This document shows positions 12,800-25,648 of a DNA stretch of 64,000 bases, piece by piece. A program made the translations under genes and the position numbers. Under the pieces are notes generated by a model, which made no database searches, was not told the DNA's origin, and saw only the letters and a list, made by a program, of their open reading frames with translations. The number at the start of each line of letters is the position of its first letter. Positions within the stretch are counted from its first letter, which is position 1. Source of the DNA: Zootoca vivipara (Eukaryota); contig NC_083288.1 in assembly GCF_963506605.1 (NCBI RefSeq), positions 29,202,001 to 29,266,000 on the forward strand, read 5' to 3'.

Positions 12800-14244
12800 C
12801 CGGTATTATTATAATACCCCACCCATCTGGCTGGGTTTCCCTAGCCACTCTAGCCAGCTTACAACACATTCAAAATGGTAAAACATATATTATTGATATA
12901 ATCAAGCTACGGTAGATCTTTGTGCGAAAAGGTGAGGAGACAGCAGTTAGTGTCAGACAGAATCTGGAAGCTGTGGCGTCTAAAAAGCTAACAACATATT
13001 AGAGTACTGTCTGTCATTTTTGACAGCTGATATGGGAGCAGTGGATTTGGCTGTCTGCTGGGGCGGTTCAGCCATACATCTACTTATGCATAACTAAAAT
13101 ATTACAAAATTCCAATAAATGTCCAATGACGACATTAAAAAGAAATCCAAACTTCCGTAAGAACTCTTCCTTAAAATGTCTCACCATGCATATTAGAAGT
13201 GAGTGTAATAAACAGCGTTCTCATTCCTCACACATATCTTTTACAATGTTATATGGACAGGTGGTCTCAGCTGTGTCTGGAAGTGCAAAGGAGTTGATTT
13301 ATACCATAAACTTATACCGGTCTATGAGGAGGTTAAGTCCCATTGAGTTGAGCATCTCCCAATTCTAGCTGAGATTGCTACCTTGATTGTGGGAAATGCT
13401 TTCAGGGACAGCAATGAATGAGTGAGCACTGATAATTTAAGAGGTATGAGTTTATTAATAAAATATACTCTTAAGCCTGTAGCAGAGATAACACTCAAAT
13501 GAAAACTTTTGTCAGTTCTGGTCTTCACATCATACAGCTGAGTGGATAGCACATTTTCCTTATAGTTTGCTCCCCCCCCCCACTCATAGTGAGGTAAATT
13601 AGGATTAATTTGGAAGCCCCTTCCTCATTGGTTCAAGCCTGTAAAACGTCCCTCCAGGAAATGAAAACAGGCCAGGGAAGAAAAGCCAAGAAGGGATTAA
13701 TCACAAGGAGGCCCCACAGCCTGTGTTGGATATAGAGAAAGAGTTCTTACCAAATACTTTTTCTGTGTGCAGTTCATTGTAGGAATCCCAAGAGTGAGAA
13801 GTGTTTTATTTCATTTCAGTCAAATAAATGCTGCATGGTGCTTTTATATATTTGTAGGCATGTCAGATGGGCCTCCCCACTGCAGAGGTGTATGTGTGTG
13901 TTGAAGGGGAAATCATAGGAGAGTATGAAAGGGGAAACTAACCCCACCAGACCAAATATAATGAGTCACATGAAACAGCTTAATTACTTATTGTTTGCTG
14001 CCCTCTTCTGTCTATTCAGGTTATGCTCTTTCACATGTCTCTTTATAACTTGACAATGCTTTGTGTTTGTGTGTTGAATGATTTCATGACATTTCTCTTA
14101 TACTCCAGGGATAAAGAAACCACTCTACATCGAACATGCTTCTGAACAGCTACCATAGATTATTTATTTATTAAAAATATTTATCTGAAGTAAAACAAAA
14201 ACAAAACAAAACCAACTGTTCATAATTTTAAGGACACATTCCAG

Positions 14245-14686
14245 CATAGCTGCCAAGTCTCCCATTTTTCGCGGGAAACCCCTGTTTTTAAAGCCGTTTC
14301 TCGCTGGCAGACCAGATTGAAAAAAATCCCAGAAATCCCCCGGTTTTTCTACCTGTCAAGGAGGCTCCATTTTGGGTCCTGGCGCCTCCCGATTTCTGGT
14401 GCTCAGACATGGGTCCGGACATGCACAGAAGTGACTTCTGGTGCCGCTCCGCCCATGCATGGGTACCAAAAATTGGGTACAGTGGCACCGGATGTTGCTT
14501 CTACGCATGTCCGGACATGCATAGAAGTGACTTCCAGTGCCGGTGCCGCCTGATTTCCGGTGCCCATACGTGGGTAGCGCGGCACCAGATGTCACTTCTA
14601 CACATGTCAAGACATGCGTAGAAGCGACTTCCGGTGCCGTGTCGCTGCTGATCCCGCATTTTTCAGCGGGAGACTTGGCAGCTATG
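14245..14686. mobile_element. hAT-type MITE (catagctgccaagt TIR family) with internal direct and inverted subrepeats
   Basis: TIRs plus 8-bp TSD cattccag. Confidence 0.9.
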
Positions 14687-16209
14687 CATTCCAGCAGGGT
14701 ACAAATGCTAGAAAGGATTAAAATTAAGGTTGGTGAGAAGTGAGGCTTGGTAGAGGGTTTAGCCTGGGCAGAATACTGAGGACCAGGCAGGCCTAGACAA
14801 CTACATTTGATCCTTGGGCCTGAAATTCCCATCTCTGTTCTTGGCTATTCTCTGTTCATAATATAGAAATAGCAATTGGGTCGATATTTTGCTTTGTGCT
14901 TTCCCCTTGTTAGATGCTTTGGGCATGACTACTTCATTAATGCACAACAGATGGGGTCTTATTTTCACTCTGGGCACCTGGAGAATTCTTCTGATGCTGT
15001 GTAGAAAAGATCCCCAAGGTGTTCTCCAGAGCTTTAAAGTCACTGTGCCACTGTTTCCAGAAACACATGATGCTGGAGAGCAGCAAGGCCAAACAACTCC
15101 ACCATTTTTTCTCTGTAGCTTTGGCAACTTAACTAAGAGCTGCAATTCCAAATGAGGTGCAAATCCTGCTCACTCTTTGAAATGAGATGAAACCATTTTG
15201 ATCATCAGCCTGCTTTCCCTGCTTATTTTGCAAGACAACTAGGGTAATTAAATTGGTGAGTTATCTGAACTTGACAATGGATATTTGGACCTATGCTTCT
15301 ACTTCAGATAGGTATACATTTTTGTATAATAATGGTTATGAAGGCAACTTGAAAACTCTATGACATTGCTCAAGGTCCCCCTATGAACTCCAAACATAAA
15401 TTAAAGCCTCTAGTTAAATTTGAATTCATTTTTATGCTTCATTAGATGTGCATCTGCCTTCAGAAGACCCATTTTTGTTTTTAATAATGGATTTTTTAGT
15501 CATTAGGAACCTTTTTTTGTTAGTGGTTTTGGATTGAAATATTAATATAGTTAATTGGTTACTTATGTAATTTCTTGACTATTTGTATTGTATATTTGTA
15601 TTGCATATGTTTCCCAGAAACAATGGATAAAGCAGTACATAAACAACTTTCCCCTGCTCCCCTTTCTTCTGTACAACCAAGCCTGAGAAGATGCAGTGTT
15701 CTACCCTTTTGAGTTGACATGTGAGACATATGTCATTCTGATCATTTCAGTAAGGATCCTATAATATTCATAGATTCATATAATGGATTCATAGCATTGT
15801 AGAGTTGGAAGGCACCACAAGGGTAATCTAATCCAACCTCCGGCAATGCAGGAATGGGCTTGAACCCACAACCTTGAGATGAAGAGTCTCAAAGTCTACT
15901 GACAAACTTTAGACATGCCTGAGCTGAATTCTTGAACTCTTCACACACCTTTTATTACAAGTGACCTTATTTTGGATTGGGGAGGGAGGAGAGAGGGAGG
16001 CTTCTACCATTTTTCTCTAGTAATGTAATGTAATGTAATGGTACTTATTTGGGTCACAGAAAATTATCTGAGGGCACTCGAAGCAGTAATGTTGCTCAAG
16101 CGCAATAACTCTTTGTCTTGTCTTGTGATTGCCTGAATTACACAATAGTCCAGTTCAGACTTAAAGCTAAGTCAAACCATGGCTTAACACAAGGATAATC
16201 AATATAGTG

Positions 16210-16313
16210 GACAGTGTTCTCGAAGCTACCAACATGAGTCTGACCAAACTGCGGGAGGCAGTGCCTGGCGTGCTCTGGTCCATAGGGTGTTGACTAAACG
16301 ACTAAACAACAAC
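16210..16313 (+). mobile_element. BovB/RTE LINE 3' stub
   Basis: Matches 25066-25192; (CAA)n tail; 13-bp TSD aatcaatatagtg. Confidence 0.8.
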
Positions 16314-17574
16314 AATCAATATAGTGCCCTCCATATATTGCTTGACTTACAATTCCCATCATCCCTGAACATTGGCCATGTTGGGTGGGACTGATGAGAT
16401 GTACCGCATTCCCTGTTAGAACAAATGGACAAATATATGGGTTACTGTGGGGCGGGGGGGGGAGAGGAATCTCAATTTCAATGCTTCTCTAAGAGTCCTG
16501 CTGTTGCCATGCTACTGTGAGTTAAGGCATGCTTTGGCTTAGTGTGCAATGCATAGAAAGTATACCATTAGGTACACTGCCTTGGGGAAACCCATGATTA
16601 AATATTTTCATTTTCATTATCATTATTCAGGCATTATGGTAGGGAGACATTATATCTGTGAAAACAGCAAATATATAGGGGTAAATGTAATTTTACAAAT
16701 TCATGCAAAATGTGGGTTTTGATTTTACCTGTTGCTCATGTCACACAGTTGTCACAGATTTTATATAGATGGCTTCCCATAAGAAGATGATATGTCACTT
16801 GTTGACACATTACGCTGAAGAAAGGTGTAAATTGTCTCTACACATGTAGAACTCTTTGTGTGAAATGATTGTTGATTTGAACAGCTCAACTATTGTGTAC
16901 ACATAGATTGATTATGCACTCCTTGAATGTTAACATCACTATGGTCAATCACTGTTTGCTAGCTTCATAACCTTGGAAAACTGCAATAATTGTTTTTGTA
17001 TGAGATAACTCTCCCCTTCCTGAGTCTTTCTTAAATAGCATTAAACAATGTTATGTTCCTTTTTCATATTAAGTGGAGGCAAAAGAAAGGACTATTTCAC
17101 ATGAAGCAAATAACATGATATTAACTACTACAAGCTGTGTTAATGGTCATTACCTTAGGTAGCTTCAGAAAAGAATTAGATGAATTCATGGAAAATAAGT
17201 TTTAAACTGATATTATCCATGATAACTAAATGAGGAAGGGAGGAAGCTGTCCATCTGGATTGGACTCCAACTCTCAACAATCATGACTAGTATGGCCAAT
17301 GGTCAGGGATCATGAGAGTTGTATTCCAATGACATATGGAGGGCCACAAGTCCCCCACCCCTGGCTGAATGGAGCATCCTGAACAGCAGGTGCTTGGGGC
17401 ATGTAATGTCTAAAAACCTTCTAAAGGAATCTCATTGACTACTGTTAGAAACAGAATCATTGACGAGAGGTCTGGTCTATCAGGGCATTTCTTATACCCA
17501 CTACTTGTTTAAATCTGTGTTCTGTGACCCAGGATGCAACATAATATCTTTATTTACCACTGCTTCTGCTATTA

Positions 17575-18085
17575 CAGTGGAACCTCAGTTTACAAACACA
17601 ATTGGTTCTGGAAGTCTGTACTTAACCTGAAGCGTACTTAACCTGAAGCGAACTTTCCCAGTGAAAGTAATGGAAAGTGGATTAATCCATTCCAGACGGT
17701 CCGTGGAATACTTAAACTGAAGCGTACTTAACCTGAAGCGAACTTTCCCATTGAAAGTAACGGAAAGTGGATTAATCTGTTCCAGAAGGGTCCGCGGAGT
17801 ACTCAACCCGAAGGGTTCTTAACCCGAGGTATGAGTCTAATTGGTTCCGGAAGTCCGTACTTAACCTGAAGCATACTTAACCTGAAGCGAACTTTCCCAT
17901 TGAAAGTAATAGAAAGTGGATTAATCCATTCCAGACGGTCCGTGGAATACTTAAACTGAAGCATACTTAACCTGAAGCGAACTTTCCCATTGAAAGTAAT
18001 GGAAAGTGGATTAATCTGTTCCAGACAGGTCCGCGGAGTACTGAAAATACTCAAACTGAGGCGTACTTAAACCGAGGTATGACTG
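17575..18085. mobile_element. Tc1/mariner (Tigger-like) non-autonomous element with an internal ~240-bp duplication and shorter subrepeats
   Basis: TA|CAGTGG start, imperfect TIRs, repeated tacttaacctgaagcg units. Confidence 0.7.
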
Positions 18086-18210
18086 GGCTACTATCACTCA
18101 GGTTATTCTGTGTTCTTTCTAGGAAGGCGATTGAGTAACCTAAGTTCTTATTCATGGTGCATTTTGCGACTGAGGCATACCTGCCGGATTGCTCAAGATC
18201 AGCAAAGCAA

Positions 18211-19191
18211 ATGAAGAATGGCAGCTCTGTGTCTGAATTTCAGCTTCTGGGGTTCCAGAGTCTTCCTGGGTGGCAGACCCTACTCTTCACCATGTTCTTA
18301 CTTATCTACCTCCTAACAATCACAGGGAATGTAGTTATCATTTCAGTCGTCAAGCTGGAGTCATATCTTCATTCCCCTATGTACTCTTTCCTACAAAACC
18401 TCTCCTTCCTAGAGATCTGGTACACCACCACCATTGTGCCCAAGATGCTCAGCAGCCTCCTCATGGAGAACAAGAGCATCTCCTTCAGTGGATGCATGAT
18501 ACAGCTCTACTTTTTTGTCTTCTTTGGTGCAACGGAGTGCTTCCTATTATCTGTGATGGCGTATGATAGGTACCTTGCAATCTGTGATCCATTGCATTAT
18601 GCAGAAGCCATGAACACACAGTTCTGCACCCGCTTGGCAATAGGGTCTTGGGTGATTGGTCTCTTCACAGGGTTGCTACCTTCACTGCTGATCTCTAGGC
18701 TGCGTTTCTGCAGATCTAACCAAATCAATCATTTCTTCTGTGACATCCCACCTCTGCTGAAGCTCTCCTGTTCTAACACTTCCACCACCGAAATGAGCAT
18801 TTTTGTGCTGTCTATATTGGTCCTTTTCACATGTTTCTTGCTTACCTTGGTGTCCTATGCATTTATCATCAAGACTATCCTGAAAATCCCCTCTGTTTCT
18901 GGAAGAAAAAAGACTTTCTCCACCTGTGGCTCACACTTGGCTGTGGTGGTGATATATTATGGCACCATGATCTCCATGTATGTTCGACCCAGTGCTAGTC
19001 TTTCATCAGAGCTGAATAAGGTAGTCTCTGTCTTCTACACTGTGCTAACACCACTTCTCAACCCTGTCATCTACAGTCTGAGGAACAAAGATTTCAAGGA
19101 TGCCTTGCAGAAACTAGTCAATAGGAAATGTTTACATGGCTTGCCAAGTAGAGAAAGGAAGTCCATTGGCATTAGTTGTTGTTCAGGATGA
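18211..19191 (+). CDS. OR11L1: Olfactory receptor 11L1-like (likely start MKNGSS at 18211; in-frame upstream ATG at 18154)
   Basis: OR motifs LHSPMY, MAYDRYLAIC, KTFSTCGSHL, PLLNPVIYSLRNKDFK. Segments FQLLGFQ..WQ.LLF, YFFVF.GATECFLL, LPSL.ISRL.FC..NQINHFFCD and YYGTMISMYV match my recollection of mammalian OR11L1. Splice acceptor ttctttctag at 18113-18122. Confidence 0.9.
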   Translation: MKNGSSVSEFQLLGFQSLPGWQTLLFTMFLLIYLLTITGNVVIISVVKLESYLHSPMYSFLQNLSFLEIWYTTTIVPKMLSSLLMENKSISFSGCMIQLYFFVFFGATECFLLSVMAYDRYLAICDPLHYAEAMNTQFCTRLAIGSWVIGLFTGLLPSLLISRLRFCRSNQINHFFCDIPPLLKLSCSNTSTTEMSIFVLSILVLFTCFLLTLVSYAFIIKTILKIPSVSGRKKTFSTCGSHLAVVVIYYGTMISMYVRPSASLSSELNKVVSVFYTVLTPLLNPVIYSLRNKDFKDALQKLVNRKCLHGLPSRERKSIGISCCSG

Positions 19192-20151
19192 TCTCATGTA
19201 ATTGTTTTGTTGTTATATTTTACCTTGCATTTGCATTTAGAATTTCAGCAAGGTTATCTGTGAGAAAAGCCAGGAATTGCATAGCCTTATAGAGTAAATT
19301 TCTAACACCATGTTCATGTGTCTATAGGGATTTGCAAATGCACACTGGTGCTGATTTTATTATTGATTTATTAACAGCAGTTGAAGCTGTCCCTACACAA
19401 ATCCAGAAAGGAGTCCCTAAGACGGTTGGATGGTGCCTTGCACGGCTCTTTCTGCAACTCCTGGTGCCAAAAATATTGCTCTGCTTTCCTTTGAACCACA
19501 TCAGTGAGACGTTGGGGGGGGGGGCTGTATTGTCACCTGGGCAGCCCAGGACCTCCATACACACTACCCAGGCTTGTACCCCAGGGAGCTCACTTTGACA
19601 TGAACCTGGGAGGTGCACTCCATTGCCTCTCTGGACAGACCCATGCTTGCAATAAAAAAGTTAAACTACAATCTAAAACTGTATGGAATATAAATACAGC
19701 ACCAGAGAATAAAATCAATCAATAGAGCAAGACTCTCAAGCAGCAAAACCACATGTTACATCTTAAAAGATGTACGTCTAAAAATACTTTAAAGCTTAAG
19801 GATTCAGAGTAGGCCTATTGAAATGAATGAACATGACAATGTTAGGTCATTTCAATATGTCGATTCTGAGTAGAATTTAATTGGGTGCAACCCCATGATG
19901 AAGGCAGCGGAACACATCACCTTGTTCAATAAAAAATGCATTATGGGCACTGGGTGAAGCTTTCTAAGGAGATCCTTATTTTTTCTTAGGTATTTTGCAA
20001 TGCGAGTAACATAGAGAACATGTTGTTTTCTGCTATAGTGTCGTATAAAGGAAGAGTGTGCTAAACACTCTTGAGAAATAGCGCTGGCTGTTATACCTTC
20101 TTGTGAAATATGTTTGATGTTTCACTGGGAAAGTTACCACCATCTTTGCTC

Positions 20152-20156
<5 letters not shown>

Positions 20157-20217
<61 letters not shown>
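20157..20217. repeat. (CT)n(GT)n compound microsatellite
   Basis: Direct reading. Confidence 0.95.
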
Positions 20218-20719
20218 ATTTATGAATTTTTGCCACAATGTATAGGTTTGTAGAATGACACACAATTTATTAGTAATTTTTAAAAAGTTGGGGTTCCCTT
20301 GAAATCCTTTGAAAGTTTTCCTTTAAAACAAAACCTCAATTTTGCTTTGAACATTTTTTGAGGGGTGGGGTGGGTTGAGTTTCCGGGACTTGAAATTTAG
20401 CAGTAACTCTTAACATTAAGACCATGTGTCTATATATGAAGAGCAAATTTCTAATAATGTGTAAGATAACCAAAGTTAATTAATTTAATAATGAAAGGAA
20501 AATCTACTGCTTCATAAAGGTGTGGGTGACAGAATATTTATTCAGTCTTCAACTCATATACAGATGCAACACTCAATCATTTACAGGTTTTCTTAGAACA
20601 CTTATCTATAAATAAGGTTTTTATTAAAAAAAACAGTCTACAAATATGTTTAATGCTGTTCTGTGGGGCTTACTCCCTAGTAAATGTGTAGATGGTTGCA
20701 CTCTATATTAAGGACTATT

Positions 20720-20720
20720 C

Positions 20721-20772
<52 letters not shown>
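20720..20772. repeat. (AAC)n microsatellite
   Basis: Direct reading. Confidence 0.95.
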
Positions 20773-21168
20773 GAAACATTTAGTTGTGAAATGGTTCAGA
20801 GACAGGCAACCTGTGGTTGTCCAAATATTGTTGAACACTAGCCCTCATTAGCCTCAACCAGCCTCAACTAATGGTCAAGGATGACAGATGTGCTAGTCCT
20901 ACAGCATCTGGAAGGCAACATGTTTTTTAACATTCCACAAGATACTTTCTTTTCTGCAGTTAGGAACATTGGTAAGCAACATGTAGGGTAACATTATTTG
21001 GTAGAGGATATGTAGGAAGTGAATGGATGGCAAGCTTTGGGTTTTGGCCCAAAATAAAACTGAATTCTTTCATTTATGGCTGAACAAAGGATACCGTTTA
21101 GGGAGGTAGGCATAGAAAGAGTAAGCTCTGTATTTTATTCCATTATACCTTGAGTTTGGAGTCTAATA

Positions 21169-22101
21169 TCAAATTCTCCTCCTTAAGATTAAGCTTTTGA
21201 ATGCTTCATGGACCTTGGTGTTCCTCAGGCTGTAGATGAAAGGGTTCAGAAAGGGTGTCACCACACAATAGAAGACAGATACTACTTTGTCTGAATCACG
21301 AATGTCCTTCACTGAAGGCCTCACATACATATAGATGACTGAGCCATAATATATTAATACTACACTAAGATGGGCAGTGCAAGTGGAGAAGGCTTTGTGC
21401 CTTCCTCCACTGGGTGGCATCTTCAATACAGCCACAATGATGTTGACATAAGATACTATTATTAAGAAAAAGCAACCCAGGACCATTGAAGAACTGAACA
21501 CAAAGAAGAAAAATTCAATGAATGACTTTTTCCCACAAGGAAGAGTCAGCACTGGGGCAAGATCACAGAAGAAATGGTTAATTATATTGGGCCCACAGAA
21601 ATTCAGCCTGGCAAGCACAATGGCTGGGGGCAAAGGAGCAAGTAAACCTCCAACCCAACACCCAAGAATCAGCGATTTACAGACTCTATTGTTCATGACT
21701 GTGGTATAGTTCATAGGGTTACAGATGGCTAAGAAGCGGTCATAAGCCATAAGCACCAGCAGGAAGTTCTCTGTCAGGCCCAGGAAGAGGTTGAAGTAAA
21801 GCTGTGTGAAGCAACCAACCTTGCTGATCACTTTCCTGTCTTTTAAGAAGTCAAACAACATTTTGGGGATAGTGTTTGTCATGTGTCCAATTTCTATCAA
21901 AGACAAATGGCTTAGGAATAAATACATGGGAGTTTGGAGCTGCTGATGAAGCTGGACTATGGTCACAATTGTGACATTCCCACTTATGGTTAAGATGTAT
22001 GCCAAAAGGAAGAGTGCCAGGAGAAATTTCTGGAGCCTTTGAGGATTAGAGAAACCAAGCAGGATGAATTCATTCACATAAGTTTGGTTTTCGAAGATCA
22101 T
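21169..22101 (-). CDS. Olfactory receptor, family 6/11-like, 310 aa (true start MIFENQT at 22101)
   Basis: OR motifs LQTPMYLFL, MAYDRFLAIC, KAFSTCTAHL, PFLNPFIYSLRN; start placed by alignment with the paralog at 26587. Confidence 0.95.
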   Translation of the reverse strand: MIFENQTYVNEFILLGFSNPQRLQKFLLALFLLAYILTISGNVTIVTIVQLHQQLQTPMYLFLSHLSLIEIGHMTNTIPKMLFDFLKDRKVISKVGCFTQLYFNLFLGLTENFLLVLMAYDRFLAICNPMNYTTVMNNRVCKSLILGCWVGGLLAPLPPAIVLARLNFCGPNIINHFFCDLAPVLTLPCGKKSFIEFFFFVFSSSMVLGCFFLIIVSYVNIIVAVLKMPPSGGRHKAFSTCTAHLSVVLIYYGSVIYMYVRPSVKDIRDSDKVVSVFYCVVTPFLNPFIYSLRNTKVHEAFKSLILRRRI

Positions 22102-24564
22102 ACCTCTATCTGTTAAGACATTAAAGAGAAAAAAATAGGTTTGTATAAGAGATGTTTGATCACTTAAGCATTCACAATTATTCCTCTTGGCAGTGTTAAC
22201 ACTTCCAAGAGAGTTCACCCAGGGTCCCCACCCTTTTCTGCTAGGTCTGTCTCACTCTGTGATGGAAGGAAAGCACTCACTTAAAATTGATACCCTCCTG
22301 ATATTCCACCCCCCAATAATAATAATAATAATAATCCAGCACCCAAACTTTTAACAGCAGTTTGATTCAGCAGTTTGGATGCTAAAGGGTACTGAATCCA
22401 AGCTGTGAAGAGTTTAACCTGCTAATTGCTGCACATCAACCTGCAAAAACAAGTACCTGTAAGTGAGATACACTAAAATAATATGGTTCATATCCCACAA
22501 ACAATCACACTTTATAAACTTGCATTTCAACATAGTCAGAGTGCCCCCATAGGTGCATGGTAAAACCACAAATGGTGCAAAGCTACTTGAGGAATATGCG
22601 ACTACAGACAGGGCAGGTTATGTGGGGTTACATTGCTGAATCAGTGACATCACAACATGATGGTGACTGTAAGAGCTTATAAGCTTGTGGAATCACATAA
22701 ACAAAAAGCAAGTACAGGTGACCCAAGTTTTACATTACAACACTAGGTGGTGTGATTGTTTTGTTCCATTTAGCCCTCTATGAAGTAATCCACCCTAAAC
22801 ACATCTACAAGCAGTCCCCTTGAAATCACCACTGTCCAGCCTAACACATTTTGGTGCCTGAGCCTGAAATCTGAAATAGTGAAAATAATATAATAAGGAA
22901 GGTAATGAAATAAGGAATTGAGTAACTGACAATTTGCCATCTGTTAACATTGCCCTCTCTCTATCACCTAAGCCAGAAGCCACACTCTGCTGAGACATGG
23001 AAGAACTAATGGTGCATTTTCCCATGCCTTTTGATTGTGGCCATAACCTTGGAGATTCTTTGAGTAATGACCAACATTCAACTCTGGAACCTATTTTCAA
23101 TATAAAGGGTTTGGGAAGAGAACATTCCCAGGCCATGTATACATTGTGACCACAGTCTTACCCACAACCTGAAAATCATGAGACAGAACTTCTGATGTTG
23201 TGGGCTGTGCTCCAGCCACTATTCCTAAGCTCCAGCACCTATAAGTTAAGCAATTAAACACTTTTTTTTTGTTTCTTGTTTTTTGATAGGGACATAGGTA
23301 GCTTCCCTTGTCCATCTTGCCAAAGATTCTTCTGAGTGGCAGAACACCTCAGATACACTTCTTGAAGTCAGAGGCAGTACGCTTCTCAATACCAGCTGCT
23401 GGAAACCATAGGAGGAGAGAGTGTTGTTGTGCTCAGGTCTTCTTCCACTGTGAGAACAGGATGCTGGACTTGATGAGCCATATTGAACCCAATGATCTCT
23501 GCATCCAAAGCATATACTCTACTACTCTAGAATGGTCCTTGCCTATCTTTGACTTTGTCTATTTGAGCAGAATTTGTAGGCTTGCCATACATCAGGCAAA
23601 TTCCCGACATGTCCTGGTTTTCAAGTGTAAAAATGGCATTGGGGGTAATGTGTGGCAACGCAATGGGAAAAGCAGCAGAAACAGCTCAAAAAGCTTAAAA
23701 TCAATTTTGGTGGGTTTCTAAAAAATGAAAAAAACTCAAAGCTCGACAATTTTTTGGTGGTTTCCCAAATAAAACTCAACAATTTGGGGGGTATCAGGAA
23801 TTTTACTTTTTGAAATATGGCAACTCTACTTTCATGCAGGCACTTCAGACAACTGATTCAAAATAGCTATCAACTGAAGACATCAAGCATTGTTTGGTCA
23901 TGGTGCTGATGACCCCAAGAGTGTAACTTTCCTATAGATCTCCACTGAAACAGAAAGATCTGCAAGTAGGCCTGCCCTTTACTGGTCTGGACCATCCACA
24001 GACCATACATTATCATTGCACATATTCTTTTAAGGTCCTTGATATTATGAGAAATGATCGAAAGTGGCCTCTTGCATATTTTCAACTCTTACCTGATTTT
24101 CTTGCCCAATCTGACCCTTATTTCCTTCTCACTTTGAACTAAAATAATACTTAAAGATGTCGAAATCAATCCTATCTACTGGATCCCCATAAAACTAAAA
24201 CTACAAGAGGATCATCTTTACATGTTCCTCAGATGCCAGATGAATGATCTGAGCACACACAAACCTTGTAACTACGGCAGATATCTGATGGTGCATTTAA
24301 TTCCTTTCAAGGCCAGAAAATACTGCAGACAAAGAAAAATAGAAGCTGAACTCAATAAATTGCTAAATATTGTTAAGTATAAAATGAAAACAACTATTTC
24401 CCATTTGTAGAAAGGTGGCAGAAGTATAAATAGTCCATCAGTATTGTTTGGCAATCTTCTTAAAGCAGTCTTAAAAATGAATAAGGTGATTGTTTTATTA
24501 TTGTCCTTTGCTTTGTAGTTGGTGTTTTCCTACTGGAGTATGTTGTGCTTTCTCCCAGTAGTAT

Positions 24565-24565
24565 T

Positions 24566-24623
<58 letters not shown>
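24565..24623. repeat. (TTTA)n microsatellite
   Basis: Direct reading. Confidence 0.95.
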
Positions 24624-24626
<3 letters not shown>

Positions 24627-24901
24627 AAAAAGCTTTATATTTCAATGCAGAGCCACAATTGGCTCATGGGAGCCAATTTATGAAACATCCACCCATTGTG
24701 ATTCATTTAATGGATTTTTCTCTGTCTCTCTTGGCTTGTTATTCTTGTTATTAAGGAAATACTGAGAATCCTAATTCTGTCCAATTTCAGTGCCCAATCA
24801 TAGTTCTATCCCAACCCATTTTGCTTGGGTATTTTTGAAAGAATGTACAAAAAAGTATGTATGAAAATTGTACTCATTTCTCTGCACCTTATACACTCTT
24901 T

Positions 24902-25194
24902 CTTAAGGAAATCAGCCCTGAGTGCTCACTGGAAGAACAGATCCTGAAGCTGAGGCTCCAATACTTTGGCCACCTCATGAGAAGAGAATATTCCCTGGAA
25001 AAGACCCTGATGTTGGGAAATATTGAGGGCACAAGGATAAGGGGACAACAGAGGACGAGATGGTTGGACAGTGTTCTCGAAGCTACCAACATGAGTCTGA
25101 TCAAACTGCAGGCTGCAGTGGAAGACAGGAGTACCTGGTGTGCTCTGGTCCATGGGGTCACGAAGAGTCGGATATGACTAAATGACTAAACAAC
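24902..25194 (+). mobile_element. BovB/RTE LINE 3' fragment
   Basis: Translates to LKLRLQYFGHLMRRE.SLEKTLMLG.IEG.R.RG.QR.RWLD; actaaacaac tail. Confidence 0.9.
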
Positions 25195-25648
25195 ATTCTT
25201 TTTACATAGAATGCATTTTTTTCCATTGCATTTTGGATTTCACTAAGTTGCGTACTTTGCCTGGTTGACGTAGCTATAAAATCAATATAATGTTGATTTT
25301 ATTTTAGATTACATGAATGAAGTATTCTTTTATTGTGGTTCATTATTTCTGGAGTTTAGAAATGTCTCATGTTCTTTTGGTGAAATTAGCACACCTTGTT
25401 AAACAAAAGAAGGACTCCCGTGATAAAATAAAATGGCTATGTTTTATTCATTCCTGTAAAATAATAAAATATATTCAAACAAACAACATAATTTTTCAAC
25501 AATCTGTATCATATATCATATGATATTCAAGTATTTGGTTTATATTTGTTGCAATAAGAAAGGATGGCATTTCAGTCACACGTAATATCTATGCTTAGAA
25601 TTTGTATTTCTGGCATTAAATAAATAAGTTTTAAAAATTGAGCATACC

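Noticed and set aside
14288-14832. Cluster of overlapping ORFs on both strands
   Set aside because: They arise from GC-rich MITE subrepeats bounded by TIRs and a TSD.
17585-18054. Repetitive ORFs and regularly spaced repeats that superficially resemble a CRISPR array
   Set aside because: The spacers are themselves repeated, the context is eukaryotic, and the ends look like mariner-type TIRs.
22102-22218. N-terminal extensions of ORF-track ORs (also 58615-58737) and of V2R exon ORFs (30885-31053, 34603-34638)
   Set aside because: They run upstream of splice acceptors or the canonical start and are mostly intronic read-through.
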